Origin: a virus
Strand: one strand, 5' to 3'
Length of the DNA: 64,000 nt
Virus record (IMG/VR): IMGVR_UViG_3300005366_000002
Location: 40,106 to 104,105 of that record
The notes below the pieces were generated by a model, which saw only the letters and a program-made list of their open reading frames with translations, made no database searches and was not told the origin of the DNA. Of this stretch, positions 27,269 through 36,388 are shown one piece after another. Numbering within the stretch: position 1 is the first letter of the stretch; every line of letters begins with the position of its first letter. The translations under genes were made by a program, and so were the position numbers.

Positions 27269-27805
27269 ATGAAGTACAACGCATCGCTCGACGTGCTGGC
27301 GATGGCACTGCACGAGCTGGTCAAGGCCAACACCGGCAAGGCGAAGGACGCGGGCAAGGCTCGCACCCTGGCCGCTCGCCTCCTGGCGAAGGCTGCTGCC
27401 ATGCCCGACGCGGAAGCCGCCATCGACATCATCGAGGCGTCCAACCGCCAGGCGCACGCCCAGCTGATGGCTTCCCGCAAGGAAGCCGAGAAGGTGGCCG
27501 CTGCCGCCAAGAAGGAAGGCGACGACAAGCCCGCCGCGTCCAAGACGACCGCTGCCGCCAAGCGCGTGCAGGCCGCCGAGGACATGGACGGCGCCGGCGA
27601 GTTCCCGATGGAAGGCGAAGGCGACGGTGACGGCGGCGAGGCCGTGATCGAAGCCGACGAGTTCGACGGCGACCCCGTGCTCGAAGTCGAAGACGAGGAA
27701 GAAGTCCCGGCCCCGGTCGAGGAAGTCATCCCCGCCAAGACGATGGCCGGCGTGCTGGCGCGCCTGGCTGCCAAGGCCGACAAGCCGAAGGCCGCGACGA
27801 AGTAA
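27269..27805 (+). CDS. Ala-rich/acidic head-associated protein
   Basis: AAGGAG RBS, strong codon bias, RVQAAE and AARLLA sites. Confidence 0.65.
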   Translation: MKYNASLDVLAMALHELVKANTGKAKDAGKARTLAARLLAKAAAMPDAEAAIDIIEASNRQAHAQLMASRKEAEKVAAAAKKEGDDKPAASKTTAAAKRVQAAEDMDGAGEFPMEGEGDGDGGEAVIEADEFDGDPVLEVEDEEEVPAPVEEVIPAKTMAGVLARLAAKADKPKAATK

Positions 27806-27830
27806 TTCGTCACCGCACCCTACCGGTGCT

Positions 27831-27857
27831 AGAAAGGGAGCTCCGTGCTCCCTTTCT
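27831..27857 (+). terminator. Strong hairpin ending the capsid operon (probable terminator)
   Basis: AGAAAGGGAGC-TCCGT-GCTCCCTTTCT perfect 11-bp stem, flanked by two more small hairpins. Confidence 0.6.
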
Positions 27858-27890
27858 CCGTAATGGGACTCTGAAAAGCAGTCCCGTTCA

Positions 27891-27901
27891 CCAATTTTAT
27901 G
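27891..27901 (+). promoter_or_regulatory. CCAATTTTATG motif, putative late promoter of the tail operon
   Basis: Match to the class L motif just upstream of 27912. Confidence 0.6.
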
Positions 27902-27911
27902 GGGAACTGCC

Positions 27912-28568
27912 ATGACACAAGAGGCTGCACAGCAGTCGATCGAGCCGGTCGATGACCTTGTGCGGGCTGGGTTCATCCAGGAGTTGATGCGGCAGTTTCG
28001 GACGCGCAGTGTGTTCGTGACCAGCCCGGACATGACGGAGAACGTGAAGAAGATGTTCGGCAATAAGCAGCCGTCCTATCCGTACATGTTCGCCCTGATC
28101 ACCAACACCTCGCCGAACCCGGACTCCTACAACTCGCGTCGCCTGTCGAGCCAGGGCGTACCTGTCACCATGAACCGTGACGGCAAGCAGTTCCAGGCTG
28201 CGCGGATCATCCCGGTGAACTTCGACGTGGAGCTCACGTTCATCACCAACAACTACGATGGGATGGACGTTCAAACGGTCAACGGTTTCATCCGCCGGTG
28301 GCATCTGAGTCGCCGGACCAACGCGCTCAACTTCGAGATCGAGTACGGCCTGCTTCGGCTGACCGTCGGCTCTACCCTCTCCGAGTCCCTGGCGGTTCCC
28401 AAGCGGGACAGCCCTGCTGACACGGAGTCGGTGTACCCCGTGATCGCCAACCTGACGATCCACGGCTTCGTCAGCGAACCGGCCTTGCTCACGCGTGGCC
28501 GGATCAACCAGGTCGTGCTCGCCGAGGACATCGCTGTCCCTCCAGGCGGGCAGTTCTTCCCCTTCTGA
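27912..28568 (+). CDS. Tail completion/terminator-like protein
   Basis: Position before the sheath; YPY...IPVNFDVELTF...LTIHG pattern. Confidence 0.55.
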   Translation: MTQEAAQQSIEPVDDLVRAGFIQELMRQFRTRSVFVTSPDMTENVKKMFGNKQPSYPYMFALITNTSPNPDSYNSRRLSSQGVPVTMNRDGKQFQAARIIPVNFDVELTFITNNYDGMDVQTVNGFIRRWHLSRRTNALNFEIEYGLLRLTVGSTLSESLAVPKRDSPADTESVYPVIANLTIHGFVSEPALLTRGRINQVVLAEDIAVPPGGQFFPF

Positions 28569-28586
28569 CCAGACAACGAGGATCAC

Positions 28587-28901
28587 ATGGACGTGCTGAA
28601 CATGAATGCGCACCAAGTCAGCGTGCGCTGCAAGGGCCCTGCGGGCATCAAGGACTACGTCACGGTCGCTCCGAAGCGTCGGGTCACCCTGCCCGAAGGC
28701 TACGCGGTCGACAACAACTGGCTGGCCCAGGCGGAGAACGTCTCCGTGTTCGCCGACAAGACTGCGAAGTCGCCGATCGTGCTCCAGGCCTCGTCCGAGG
28801 TCGCGATCGCACCGGCGTCCACCCAGTCCGCACCGGCGCCGACGGCTACCAAGATTTCGGCGAGCGCTCCTGCCGCCCCTGCGCCTTCGCCGGCCGCCTG
28901 A
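28587..28901 (+). CDS. Small protein preceding the sheath, with a Pro/Ala-rich tail
   Basis: GAGGA RBS; synteny. Confidence 0.6.
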   Translation: MDVLNMNAHQVSVRCKGPAGIKDYVTVAPKRRVTLPEGYAVDNNWLAQAENVSVFADKTAKSPIVLQASSEVAIAPASTQSAPAPTATKISASAPAAPAPSPAA

Positions 28902-28954
28902 ACGAAGAGCCGCTGAGCTACTGACATCCACCCTCCACCATAGGGCAGAATGAC

Positions 28955-30892
28955 ATGACCCAAATCATCAGCCGCGCGTCTGACGTTCGCGTCACGGAGA
29001 TCAACCTCTCGCAGGTGATCACTTCGTCGTCGATCACGGTGGCCGCGTTCCCCATCATCAGCGCGCAAGGCTCGACCAAGCCGATGCACTTCACCAACGG
29101 AAACGACGTGCTCAACGAGTACGGCAATCCGGACCCGTCGGTGTCGATGACGATCCAGTCGGCGCTCAACTACTTCTCCGAGGGCAACGATGCCTGGTGC
29201 CTCCGCGTCGTCGGCTCGGGCGCCATGTACGCCGGCATCCTCATGTTCCAGCAGGCTGGCGCGACCAACCTGGTGGGCCAGGCAACTGCCGATCCCCTCA
29301 ACACCGACCTGAGCACCCTGGTCACGTCGGGTCAAGAAGCGATCGCGCTGTTCTACCCGATCCACGGTCCCGGCTCGTACGGCGACAACATCTCGATCGC
29401 CATCGACACCGCCGTCATCGGCACGCCGACGAACCTGGATGCGAACGCGCAACTGGGCTCCGGCTCGATGCCTGCGACGACCTACTCGTACCAGGTCTCG
29501 GCCGTGGGCCCGAACGGCGAGTCGCTGGCCTCCAGCATCGTTCAGGTCCTCCTGGGTGGCGTGTCGGTCCCGGTGGCTTCGATCACCCTGACCTGGGATG
29601 CGGTCGTGGGCGCCATCGGCTACAACCTCTACGGTCGCCTGCACCCGAACTCGAGCTATGGCCTGCTGGCGCAGACCGGTGCATCCACCCTGACGTTCGT
29701 CGACAACGGCACGATCACGCCGGACAACACGAAGCAACCGATCACCGACATCGGCCAGGTCGTGGGCGGCGACGAGTTCATCGTCAGCGTGTACGACAAC
29801 ACGAAGCCGAACCAGAGCGCCCTGGAGGAGTTCACCTGCACCCTGCGCGCACACGTGGACGGCTCGGGCGTGCAGACGGAGCTGGAAGATCGCATCAACC
29901 CGTTCTCGTCCTACATCCAGGTCAAGTCGAACGTGCCGGCACTGTCCGACACGCCGGCGATCACCACCGTGGACGAGACGGCGATGGACGGTGGCGACAG
30001 CGGCTCCACGCCGACGTCGTACCAGATCGCGAACGCCATGCAGGTGTTCACGAACAAGCAGCTCTACAACACCAACGTGTTCGTCAACGGCGGCATCTCC
30101 GATCCGGTGTACCAGCTGGCGATCGACACGCTGGTCCAGGGTCGTGGTGACGCGGTCTCGCTGCTGGACACCCCGCCGACGGCCCAGCGCTTCCAGGCTG
30201 CGATCGACAACCGCAACCTCACGCTGAACCTCCAGTCGACCTACAGCGCGATCTTCTGCCCGGACCTGCTCCAGGCGGACATGATCAACGGCAAGCAGAT
30301 CTACTGCCCGCCGTCCGGCTGGGCCGCCGCCCTGTGCGCGCGTACCGACCGTGTCGCCAACAGCGCCTACTCGATCGCCGGCCTGAACCGCGGTGTGGTC
30401 AATGTGCTGAAGCAACGGTACACCTACGACGACGGACAAGCCACAGAGCTGTTCAACGCGCAGGTGAACTACTTCCGCACGTTCGTCGGCCAGGGCATCG
30501 CCCTGTGGGAGCAGCAGACGCTGACGGGCGAAAAGTCCGCCCTGCAGTGGCTGTCGGTCCGCCGTATCGTCAACGTGATCAAGGTCGCGCTGTACAAGTT
30601 CCTGCTCTACTCCCTCCAGGAGATGGACACGGACGCGGTGCGTCGCCAGATCATCAACTCGTGCTCGCAGTACCTGGACACCGTCGTCAACAGCAACGGC
30701 CTGTTCTCGTACACGGTCGAGTGCGACAACGGCAACAACACGGCAGCGACGGCCAACGCCGGTATCCTCGTGGTCAACGTGGTGCTCGTCCCGAACATCC
30801 CGATCCACGAGATCCAGCTGAACGTGATCGTGTCCAAGCAGGGCGTCACGTTCACCGAGGTGCTCCGCCAGGTCAACGGCAACACGCAGTAA
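28955..30892 (+). CDS. Contractile tail sheath protein
   Basis: DVRVTEINLS, PPSGWAAALCARTD, AGLNRG, LSVRR, C-terminal P..PIHEI. Confidence 0.95.
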   Translation: MTQIISRASDVRVTEINLSQVITSSSITVAAFPIISAQGSTKPMHFTNGNDVLNEYGNPDPSVSMTIQSALNYFSEGNDAWCLRVVGSGAMYAGILMFQQAGATNLVGQATADPLNTDLSTLVTSGQEAIALFYPIHGPGSYGDNISIAIDTAVIGTPTNLDANAQLGSGSMPATTYSYQVSAVGPNGESLASSIVQVLLGGVSVPVASITLTWDAVVGAIGYNLYGRLHPNSSYGLLAQTGASTLTFVDNGTITPDNTKQPITDIGQVVGGDEFIVSVYDNTKPNQSALEEFTCTLRAHVDGSGVQTELEDRINPFSSYIQVKSNVPALSDTPAITTVDETAMDGGDSGSTPTSYQIANAMQVFTNKQLYNTNVFVNGGISDPVYQLAIDTLVQGRGDAVSLLDTPPTAQRFQAAIDNRNLTLNLQSTYSAIFCPDLLQADMINGKQIYCPPSGWAAALCARTDRVANSAYSIAGLNRGVVNVLKQRYTYDDGQATELFNAQVNYFRTFVGQGIALWEQQTLTGEKSALQWLSVRRIVNVIKVALYKFLLYSLQEMDTDAVRRQIINSCSQYLDTVVNSNGLFSYTVECDNGNNTAATANAGILVVNVVLVPNIPIHEIQLNVIVSKQGVTFTEVLRQVNGNTQ

Positions 30893-30955
30893 TCCTGAGC
30901 CTCAGCTCCGCCTCGCCAGCCAGCTGGGCGGGGCTCACCCTCACAAGGAACAGAC

Positions 30956-31474
30956 ATGGCACGTACCTCTTACCAACAGATCCTCAACCTGCCGGATGCC
31001 GCGCAGTCGTGGAACTTCGACCTGTTCATTCCAACCATCCCGGGAGCCTCCGGCTCTTCGCAGTCGCTGACCTACAAGGTCCGGACGACCGCGCTGCCGG
31101 GTGCGAAGATCGAACCGGTGCCCATCGAACTCCACGGCGCCAAGAAGCAAGAAGCGGGTCGCGCGATCTACGATCACACCCTGCCGGTCACGCTGCTCGA
31201 GACGATCGACTGGGAGACGATCCTCAAGTTCCGTGCGTGGCGCGACTACATGCGCTCGTGGAAGAACAACAAGGGCTCGGACTCCACCGCCTACAAGGTG
31301 AACCTGGAGCTCGACGTCTACGACAACCAGGGCAACATCAGCCAGACCTTCATCATCGCCGGCGCGTTCCCGACGGACGTGGGCGACGTGCAGCTCGACG
31401 GCGCTGCCTCGACGGCGCTGGACGTGTCGATCACGTTCAGCTACGACTACATCAGCGACGGCCTGACCTGGTAA
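30956..31474 (+). CDS. Tail tube protein
   Basis: Follows the sheath; LPG, GAFPTDVGDVQLD, ITFSYDY. Confidence 0.9.
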   Translation: MARTSYQQILNLPDAAQSWNFDLFIPTIPGASGSSQSLTYKVRTTALPGAKIEPVPIELHGAKKQEAGRAIYDHTLPVTLLETIDWETILKFRAWRDYMRSWKNNKGSDSTAYKVNLELDVYDNQGNISQTFIIAGAFPTDVGDVQLDGAASTALDVSITFSYDYISDGLTW

Positions 31475-31483
31475 GGAGTGACC

Positions 31484-31867
31484 ATGCACCTCCAAGCACG
31501 ACAACGGGTGATCGCGCTCGACATGCACCCACACCTCGAACAGCAGACGGCGCTCGAGGAGAGCCTGCTCGAACTGTTCTGCGGCTCGGGCGCTGGCGAG
31601 CGCGGCTACCAGTTCGTCGACGCGTCGGACGTGCAGGGTGGCCGCTCGCTGAAGATCGACGCCACGGACGTGTTCCGTCTCGGCACTATGCTCGACGACT
31701 ACCTGGAAGCCCAGGGCTACGCCGTCGAGCCGTTCGAGAGCGCCGAAGATCTGAGCCGGCAGGCCACCTCGCTCCAACTGCGGAGCCCTGAATCGAACAT
31801 CGTGATCTGGCTGACGGCCCACGCCTGCACGCTCGAGATCACGCTGTTCGAGTTCCAAGGAAGCTGA
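31484..31867 (+). CDS. Leader-bearing hypothetical protein
   Basis: MHLQARQRVIA after AGGAG. Confidence 0.7.
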   Translation: MHLQARQRVIALDMHPHLEQQTALEESLLELFCGSGAGERGYQFVDASDVQGGRSLKIDATDVFRLGTMLDDYLEAQGYAVEPFESAEDLSRQATSLQLRSPESNIVIWLTAHACTLEITLFEFQGS

Positions 31868-31869
31868 CC

Positions 31870-32112
31870 ATGCGTCTCCTCGCACACGAACGGCTGCAAG
31901 CCAATACGTCCACCTACAAGGACGAGCAGGCCATGGACGACTCGATGGTCGTCCAACAAGATGCCCCTGAAGAGCAGCTGGAAGCGCGCGACGAGCAGCT
32001 CCTGGCTGACCAGCAGGACGTCTACCCGGACACGATGATGTTCGGCAAGCTGAACGCCGGTGAGCGTCTGCTGTCGATCAGCGCTTTTCGTGTCCACTTC
32101 CACGGAGACTGA
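31870..32112 (+). CDS. Small acidic leader-bearing protein with two motif copies
   Basis: MRLLAHERLQAN...KLNAGERLLS. Confidence 0.7.
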   Translation: MRLLAHERLQANTSTYKDEQAMDDSMVVQQDAPEEQLEARDEQLLADQQDVYPDTMMFGKLNAGERLLSISAFRVHFHGD

Positions 32113-32113
32113 G

Positions 32114-32782
32114 ATGCGCCTGATGGCAAAGCAACGTCTCACGGCAACTGCGCTGACCGACAAACTGAAGGTCGAGTTCTACATGGGCCTCCAGGAGGCC
32201 TGTCCTTACTTCAAGACCTGGTCGGTGGAGCACCGCACCGAGTTCCAGAAGAAAGGCGACTCCAAGAAGGTCGAGGCAAACGCCCTGAAGTACCTGCAGG
32301 AGCTCGGCTGGACGATCGAGAAGACGCCCAGCGCGCTGCCTGGTACGACGTTCCTCAGCCGTGGCGAACACAAGGACTGGATCGTCAAGGTCACACGCTG
32401 GGGCTTTGGTGGTGCCTCGATGGTTCTCGTCGCTGAACGGTTTCGCAAGTTCAGCGACTTCCCACATGGTCACGAGATCGAGGAGGCTCTGCGGAGCCAA
32501 GGCCACAAGGTCAAGGAGCTGCCGGAGGATCCGTTGCAGCATCTCCGTGACGACGGCGCGATCCTCAAGATCTGGCGCGACAAGAGTGATCAGTGGTACA
32601 CCTCCAAGGTCTACGAGGTCATCAAGGGTATCGTCGGTGCCCACAAGGACAAGACCCGTCCTGGCGCCCTCAGCCTCGAAGCCGGTCCGTGCACCTACAC
32701 GGTGACCGCCGACGGTCAGGAGGTCACCGTGACCGTCTCCTACACCGATGACTACGTTCAACCTGTGACGAGGTGGCGATGA
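32114..32782 (+). CDS. Leader-bearing hypothetical protein
   Basis: MRLMAKQRLTATA after GGAG. Confidence 0.7.
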   Translation: MRLMAKQRLTATALTDKLKVEFYMGLQEACPYFKTWSVEHRTEFQKKGDSKKVEANALKYLQELGWTIEKTPSALPGTTFLSRGEHKDWIVKVTRWGFGGASMVLVAERFRKFSDFPHGHEIEEALRSQGHKVKELPEDPLQHLRDDGAILKIWRDKSDQWYTSKVYEVIKGIVGAHKDKTRPGALSLEAGPCTYTVTADGQEVTVTVSYTDDYVQPVTRWR

Positions 32783-33441
32783 GCGATCCAGTGCAGTGCT
32801 TCATGCTCGAGATCGAGGAGATTCATCAGTGGTGGGTTGGCCTTCTGACCCGCGACATGAATCAGATCTGCCCTTCGACTGGCAAGCCTCATCGGCTGGA
32901 CCTCGAAGTGCCGGAAGGCGTGTCGATCTCTGATCTGATCTCGCTGGGTGACGGCATGGCACTCCAACTGCCTGATCGCCTCGAGCCTATGGTCTGCGCC
33001 TGCGGCCTCAGGTTCACGCGTGAGAACTCGACGTCCCACAGCACCGAGTCGAAGCACAGGTTCCGCAACCCCAAGACCGGCAAGGTCGGCTCGTGCTACG
33101 AGGTGGCGACACCCGGTGCCATGTGGTACTGTCCGTGGCTTGTCGATCGAGACCTCGAGAAGCTGAAGCAGCTGGTCGCCGAGGGCAAGAACACGTACCT
33201 GTCGCCCATGTACGTGAACCAATGGATGGACAAGCGCGATCCGCTGTGTGTCATGTGCCCGGACGGTTCGCACTGGATGCCGGACGCTCGCTCGACGAAT
33301 GGTGATGGCTGGACCGTCATCGGCGAGGCTCCGAACATCACCGCCAGTCCTTCGATCCTCACCCCTGGCTACCACTCCTTCCTGGTCAATGGCGTCTTCG
33401 GCGCCGACCCCAACTGCAAACCCTGGACGCCAAGAACATGA
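32779..33441 (+). CDS. Cys/His-rich protein with a DUF6527-like C-terminus
   Basis: PGAMW...WT...PNITASPSI...YHSFLVNG. Confidence 0.5.
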   Translation: MSDPVQCFMLEIEEIHQWWVGLLTRDMNQICPSTGKPHRLDLEVPEGVSISDLISLGDGMALQLPDRLEPMVCACGLRFTRENSTSHSTESKHRFRNPKTGKVGSCYEVATPGAMWYCPWLVDRDLEKLKQLVAEGKNTYLSPMYVNQWMDKRDPLCVMCPDGSHWMPDARSTNGDGWTVIGEAPNITASPSILTPGYHSFLVNGVFGADPNCKPWTPRT

Positions 33442-33881
33442 TGAAGCTTCAAGCCCGCCAGCGCCTCATGGCCCGCCCCGAAGTGGAACGCGTCATGGAG
33501 GAGTCGGTCATCCGCATCGCCAACGAGCGGATCGCGCGCCTGGCTCGTCCGTGCGCAGCGCTCGGTATCTCCCAGGAGATGCTGACCACGTACTTCGGCG
33601 AGTACCTGCACGAAGAAGTGCTGCCAGGCATCGAGCACGGCGCCTACGACGCGCACAAGGCTGCCGAGGTCATCAACTCGATCACGGCACTCCAGATCGC
33701 CCACCACTTCCTGATCTCCGGGTCCAAGCACTCGCCGGCCGAGATCCATCAGCACGGCAAGCTGATGGCGGACGACCCGGAGTTCAAGAAGAAGATCCTG
33801 GCGAAGATGGGCCTGACGCCGCACGAGTTCCACGCGCTGTCGCTCATGATCCTCCAGGAAGCCAAGGAGACGATGCGATGA
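33438..33881 (+). CDS. Leader-bearing hypothetical protein
   Basis: MMKLQARQRLMAR. Confidence 0.7.
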   Translation: MMKLQARQRLMARPEVERVMEESVIRIANERIARLARPCAALGISQEMLTTYFGEYLHEEVLPGIEHGAYDAHKAAEVINSITALQIAHHFLISGSKHSPAEIHQHGKLMADDPEFKKKILAKMGLTPHEFHALSLMILQEAKETMR

Positions 33882-34576
33882 GCCGCCAGCTGGTCCTCCA
33901 AGCCCGCCAGCGTCTGCTGGCAGAGGTTCCCAAGCGTGATGACTTGAAACCTGCGACGAACGTTGTGGTTCACAAGTTTGCCGAGGCGGGCATCGAGGTC
34001 ACACCCAACTTCAACTACGCATCCAACCTGTACCCTGACATCGGGTTCTTCTACCTGCCAGGTACTGGTCGCGATCTGGGAGATCGCTGGAACATCCATC
34101 CCGGTCAGCAGGAAGGGCACATGATGGAGATCTCGGTCTCCATGGATGCCAGCCGCTCCAACGAGCTCTATCGTCTGGCTCAAGAAGGCCAGGACCTGAC
34201 GGATGCGAAGAAAGCCGTGCAGGCTGTGGCAAAACTGCTGGCCAAGACCGGCATCAAGTTCAAGCCAGGCAAGCCGAATCCGCACTCGCCGATCGACAAG
34301 GCGCTCGGTGGCTCGCCCCGTTTCATTGGTGTCGTCGACATCACGGAAGAAGCCCCTGACTCCGACCCCAAGTCGAAGCCCTTGTGGGGCATTGCCGTCA
34401 AGGACACGCAGGGCAAGATCCACGTGTGGACCATGACGCCGCACTCGCGCGGCCCTTGGACCTACTACGAGGCCGAGCACAACATCCGTGACCTCCAGCA
34501 GCATCTGGAATACGACGACGAGTACAAGCGCGCCGACTACTTCAAGGTCGTGAAGGCCCCAAAGGAGAAAGCATGA
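33878..34576 (+). CDS. Leader-bearing hypothetical protein
   Basis: MSRQLVLQARQRLLAE after AAGGAG; start reassigned to 33878. Confidence 0.7.
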   Translation: MSRQLVLQARQRLLAEVPKRDDLKPATNVVVHKFAEAGIEVTPNFNYASNLYPDIGFFYLPGTGRDLGDRWNIHPGQQEGHMMEISVSMDASRSNELYRLAQEGQDLTDAKKAVQAVAKLLAKTGIKFKPGKPNPHSPIDKALGGSPRFIGVVDITEEAPDSDPKSKPLWGIAVKDTQGKIHVWTMTPHSRGPWTYYEAEHNIRDLQQHLEYDDEYKRADYFKVVKAPKEKA

Positions 34577-35025
34577 AGATCATCTACGTGACCGCCAACT
34601 CGATCCCTGACCGTCTGATCCGTTACTTCGACGGCGGCGAGTTCAGCCACTGCGCGATGGTGTTCGGGGACAACGTAGTCCAGGCCATCCGACAAGGCGT
34701 GGTCGTCACGCCTCTCAAGAACCTGCTGGACATCTGCACGGTCACGAAGACGATCGACGTGCCCCTCAAGGATGAAGAGGCTGCGAAGTCCTGGGCGTAC
34801 CACAAGGTCGGTGCGTCCTACGACTTCCTGGCCGTCGCGATCCTCGGCTGGCGCGACGTGTTCGGTGTCGCCCCTCGCTGGGACTCGAACGGCCGCTTCT
34901 TCTGCGACGAGCTGGTGCTGAGCGCCTGCATCGCCGGCGGTCTTCAGGAGCCGGAGCAGTACCCGCGCTTCTACGGGATCAAGCGCTCCTTCGAGTTCCT
35001 CTCCATGTTTGCCACCAAGGGGTGA
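34573..35025 (+). CDS. Permuted papain-like (YiiX/NlpC-P60) amidase/peptidase
   Basis: FSHCAM, GV, GASYDF, FFCDELV; His precedes Cys. Confidence 0.8.
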   Translation: MKIIYVTANSIPDRLIRYFDGGEFSHCAMVFGDNVVQAIRQGVVVTPLKNLLDICTVTKTIDVPLKDEEAAKSWAYHKVGASYDFLAVAILGWRDVFGVAPRWDSNGRFFCDELVLSACIAGGLQEPEQYPRFYGIKRSFEFLSMFATKG

Positions 35026-35032
35026 CCTGATC

Positions 35033-35989
35033 ATGCGTCTCCAAGCCAGTGCACGGCTCCTCGCTGAGGAGGCCGACGTCTCCTACGAGGACTACGTGAA
35101 GGTCGTGGCGTCGCTGGCGCGTCCCGACAATCAGCTCGTGGCGTTTGACTTCAAGGTGCCGGGCGCCCTGAAGAAGCTGTGGTCGGAACTCAAGGAGATC
35201 GGCCAAGAGCTGACCGAGAGCGCAGGTATCGGCTGGGACGCGATCGTCAAAGCGTTCCAGGAGAAGTCCGTGTTCACCCTCCTCAAGGGGCTAGGCTTCT
35301 CCGTCAAGAAGCTGCTGAAGGCAGTGTCGAAGGCCTCGGCGATCCCTGCGCACGCCCTGTTCATCGCTCTCGACGAGTTGATCGAGGCGTTCGGTGACAG
35401 CGAGACGCTGAAACGTCTGAACGTGCATGAACGAGTTGAGCGCCTCGACGAAGTGATCAAGCGCCACCCGGTGCTGTCGAAGCTGACCGGTGTGGCTGTC
35501 GCAGGCTTCCTCATCTGGCAGTACCTGCACACGTCGAACACCGGTGACGTCCACTACGACCTCTCGCTGGTCGACACGATCCTGAACTGCATCAAGGGCG
35601 ACTACTCCCTGGCGGACATGTTCGCGTCCAAGCAAGGTCTCAAGGACATCAGCGTGCTCTTGTTCGGACTGGCCTCCGGCGGCATGGGCCTCACCAGCTA
35701 CGGTGCATCGCACGTGGAGCACGCGCTGACTTTCCTCGGCAAGCACGCAGGGACTGCCGCGTCGATCCTCCTGGCCCTGTTCTACGCGGGTGCGAAGAAG
35801 CTGGGCATGCACATCGACTACTCCCACGAGCCAGTGCATGCTGGCCTGTCGGTCGAGCAAGGCGATCCTGCAGGACGAACCCAACGCTGGTTCAACCAGC
35901 TCAGCGGGCCTGAACGCGAGAAGTACCGGAAGAAGTATCCGGGCACCAAGTTCAACGACAAGACCAAACTCATCCTTCCGAAAGCCTGA
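35033..35989 (+). CDS. Leader-bearing protein with hydrophobic helices
   Basis: MRLQASARLLAEE; LTGVAVAGFLIWQYL and other hydrophobic segments. Confidence 0.7.
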   Translation: MRLQASARLLAEEADVSYEDYVKVVASLARPDNQLVAFDFKVPGALKKLWSELKEIGQELTESAGIGWDAIVKAFQEKSVFTLLKGLGFSVKKLLKAVSKASAIPAHALFIALDELIEAFGDSETLKRLNVHERVERLDEVIKRHPVLSKLTGVAVAGFLIWQYLHTSNTGDVHYDLSLVDTILNCIKGDYSLADMFASKQGLKDISVLLFGLASGGMGLTSYGASHVEHALTFLGKHAGTAASILLALFYAGAKKLGMHIDYSHEPVHAGLSVEQGDPAGRTQRWFNQLSGPEREKYRKKYPGTKFNDKTKLILPKA

Positions 35990-35991
35990 TC

Positions 35992-36303
35992 ATGCGCCAA
36001 CTCGTTCTCCAAGCCAAGCAACGTCTGATCGCCGCGCCGTTCGGCAAGAAGCCTGGTCGTGCTCCGGCTGGCCCGCGTGACCGCGAAGCCGACATCGAGG
36101 CGCTGCTTCACCAGGCGTGGGCGGAGTGCCAGTCGGCCGCACGGCAGGATGGCGATGATGTGTCGCACTGGAACCCGGAGACGGCGGCCGACTACCTGAT
36201 CGGCTACGCTGAAGGCCGCCCGGAGTACCGCGAGCTCGGCATCTCTCCAGGCGAACTGGACAAGTACGCCGAGGCGTTCATCAACAAGGTGCAGAGCCGC
36301 TGA
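35992..36303 (+). CDS. Leader-bearing hypothetical protein
   Basis: MRQLVLQAKQRLIAA. Confidence 0.7.
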   Translation: MRQLVLQAKQRLIAAPFGKKPGRAPAGPRDREADIEALLHQAWAECQSAARQDGDDVSHWNPETAADYLIGYAEGRPEYRELGISPGELDKYAEAFINKVQSR

Positions 36304-36313
36304 GCTGCACCAC

Positions 36314-36324
36314 GCAATTTCATG
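36314..36324 (+). promoter_or_regulatory. GCAATTTCATG motif, putative late promoter (class L)
   Basis: Identical to the 20647 copy; intergenic. Confidence 0.65.
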
Positions 36325-36388
36325 TCCTAGCGAATCCCGTATCGGATAGCTCTCATTGCGCACTGACGCTCACAATAGAGGAACTCTC

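Noticed and set aside
33248-33877. Upstream extensions in the ORF track (33248, 6866, 32060, 38831, 41901, 44007, 44180)
   Set aside because: They overlap better-supported genes; downstream starts have RBS or stop-start coupling and, for 33878 and 32114, place the leader at the N-terminus
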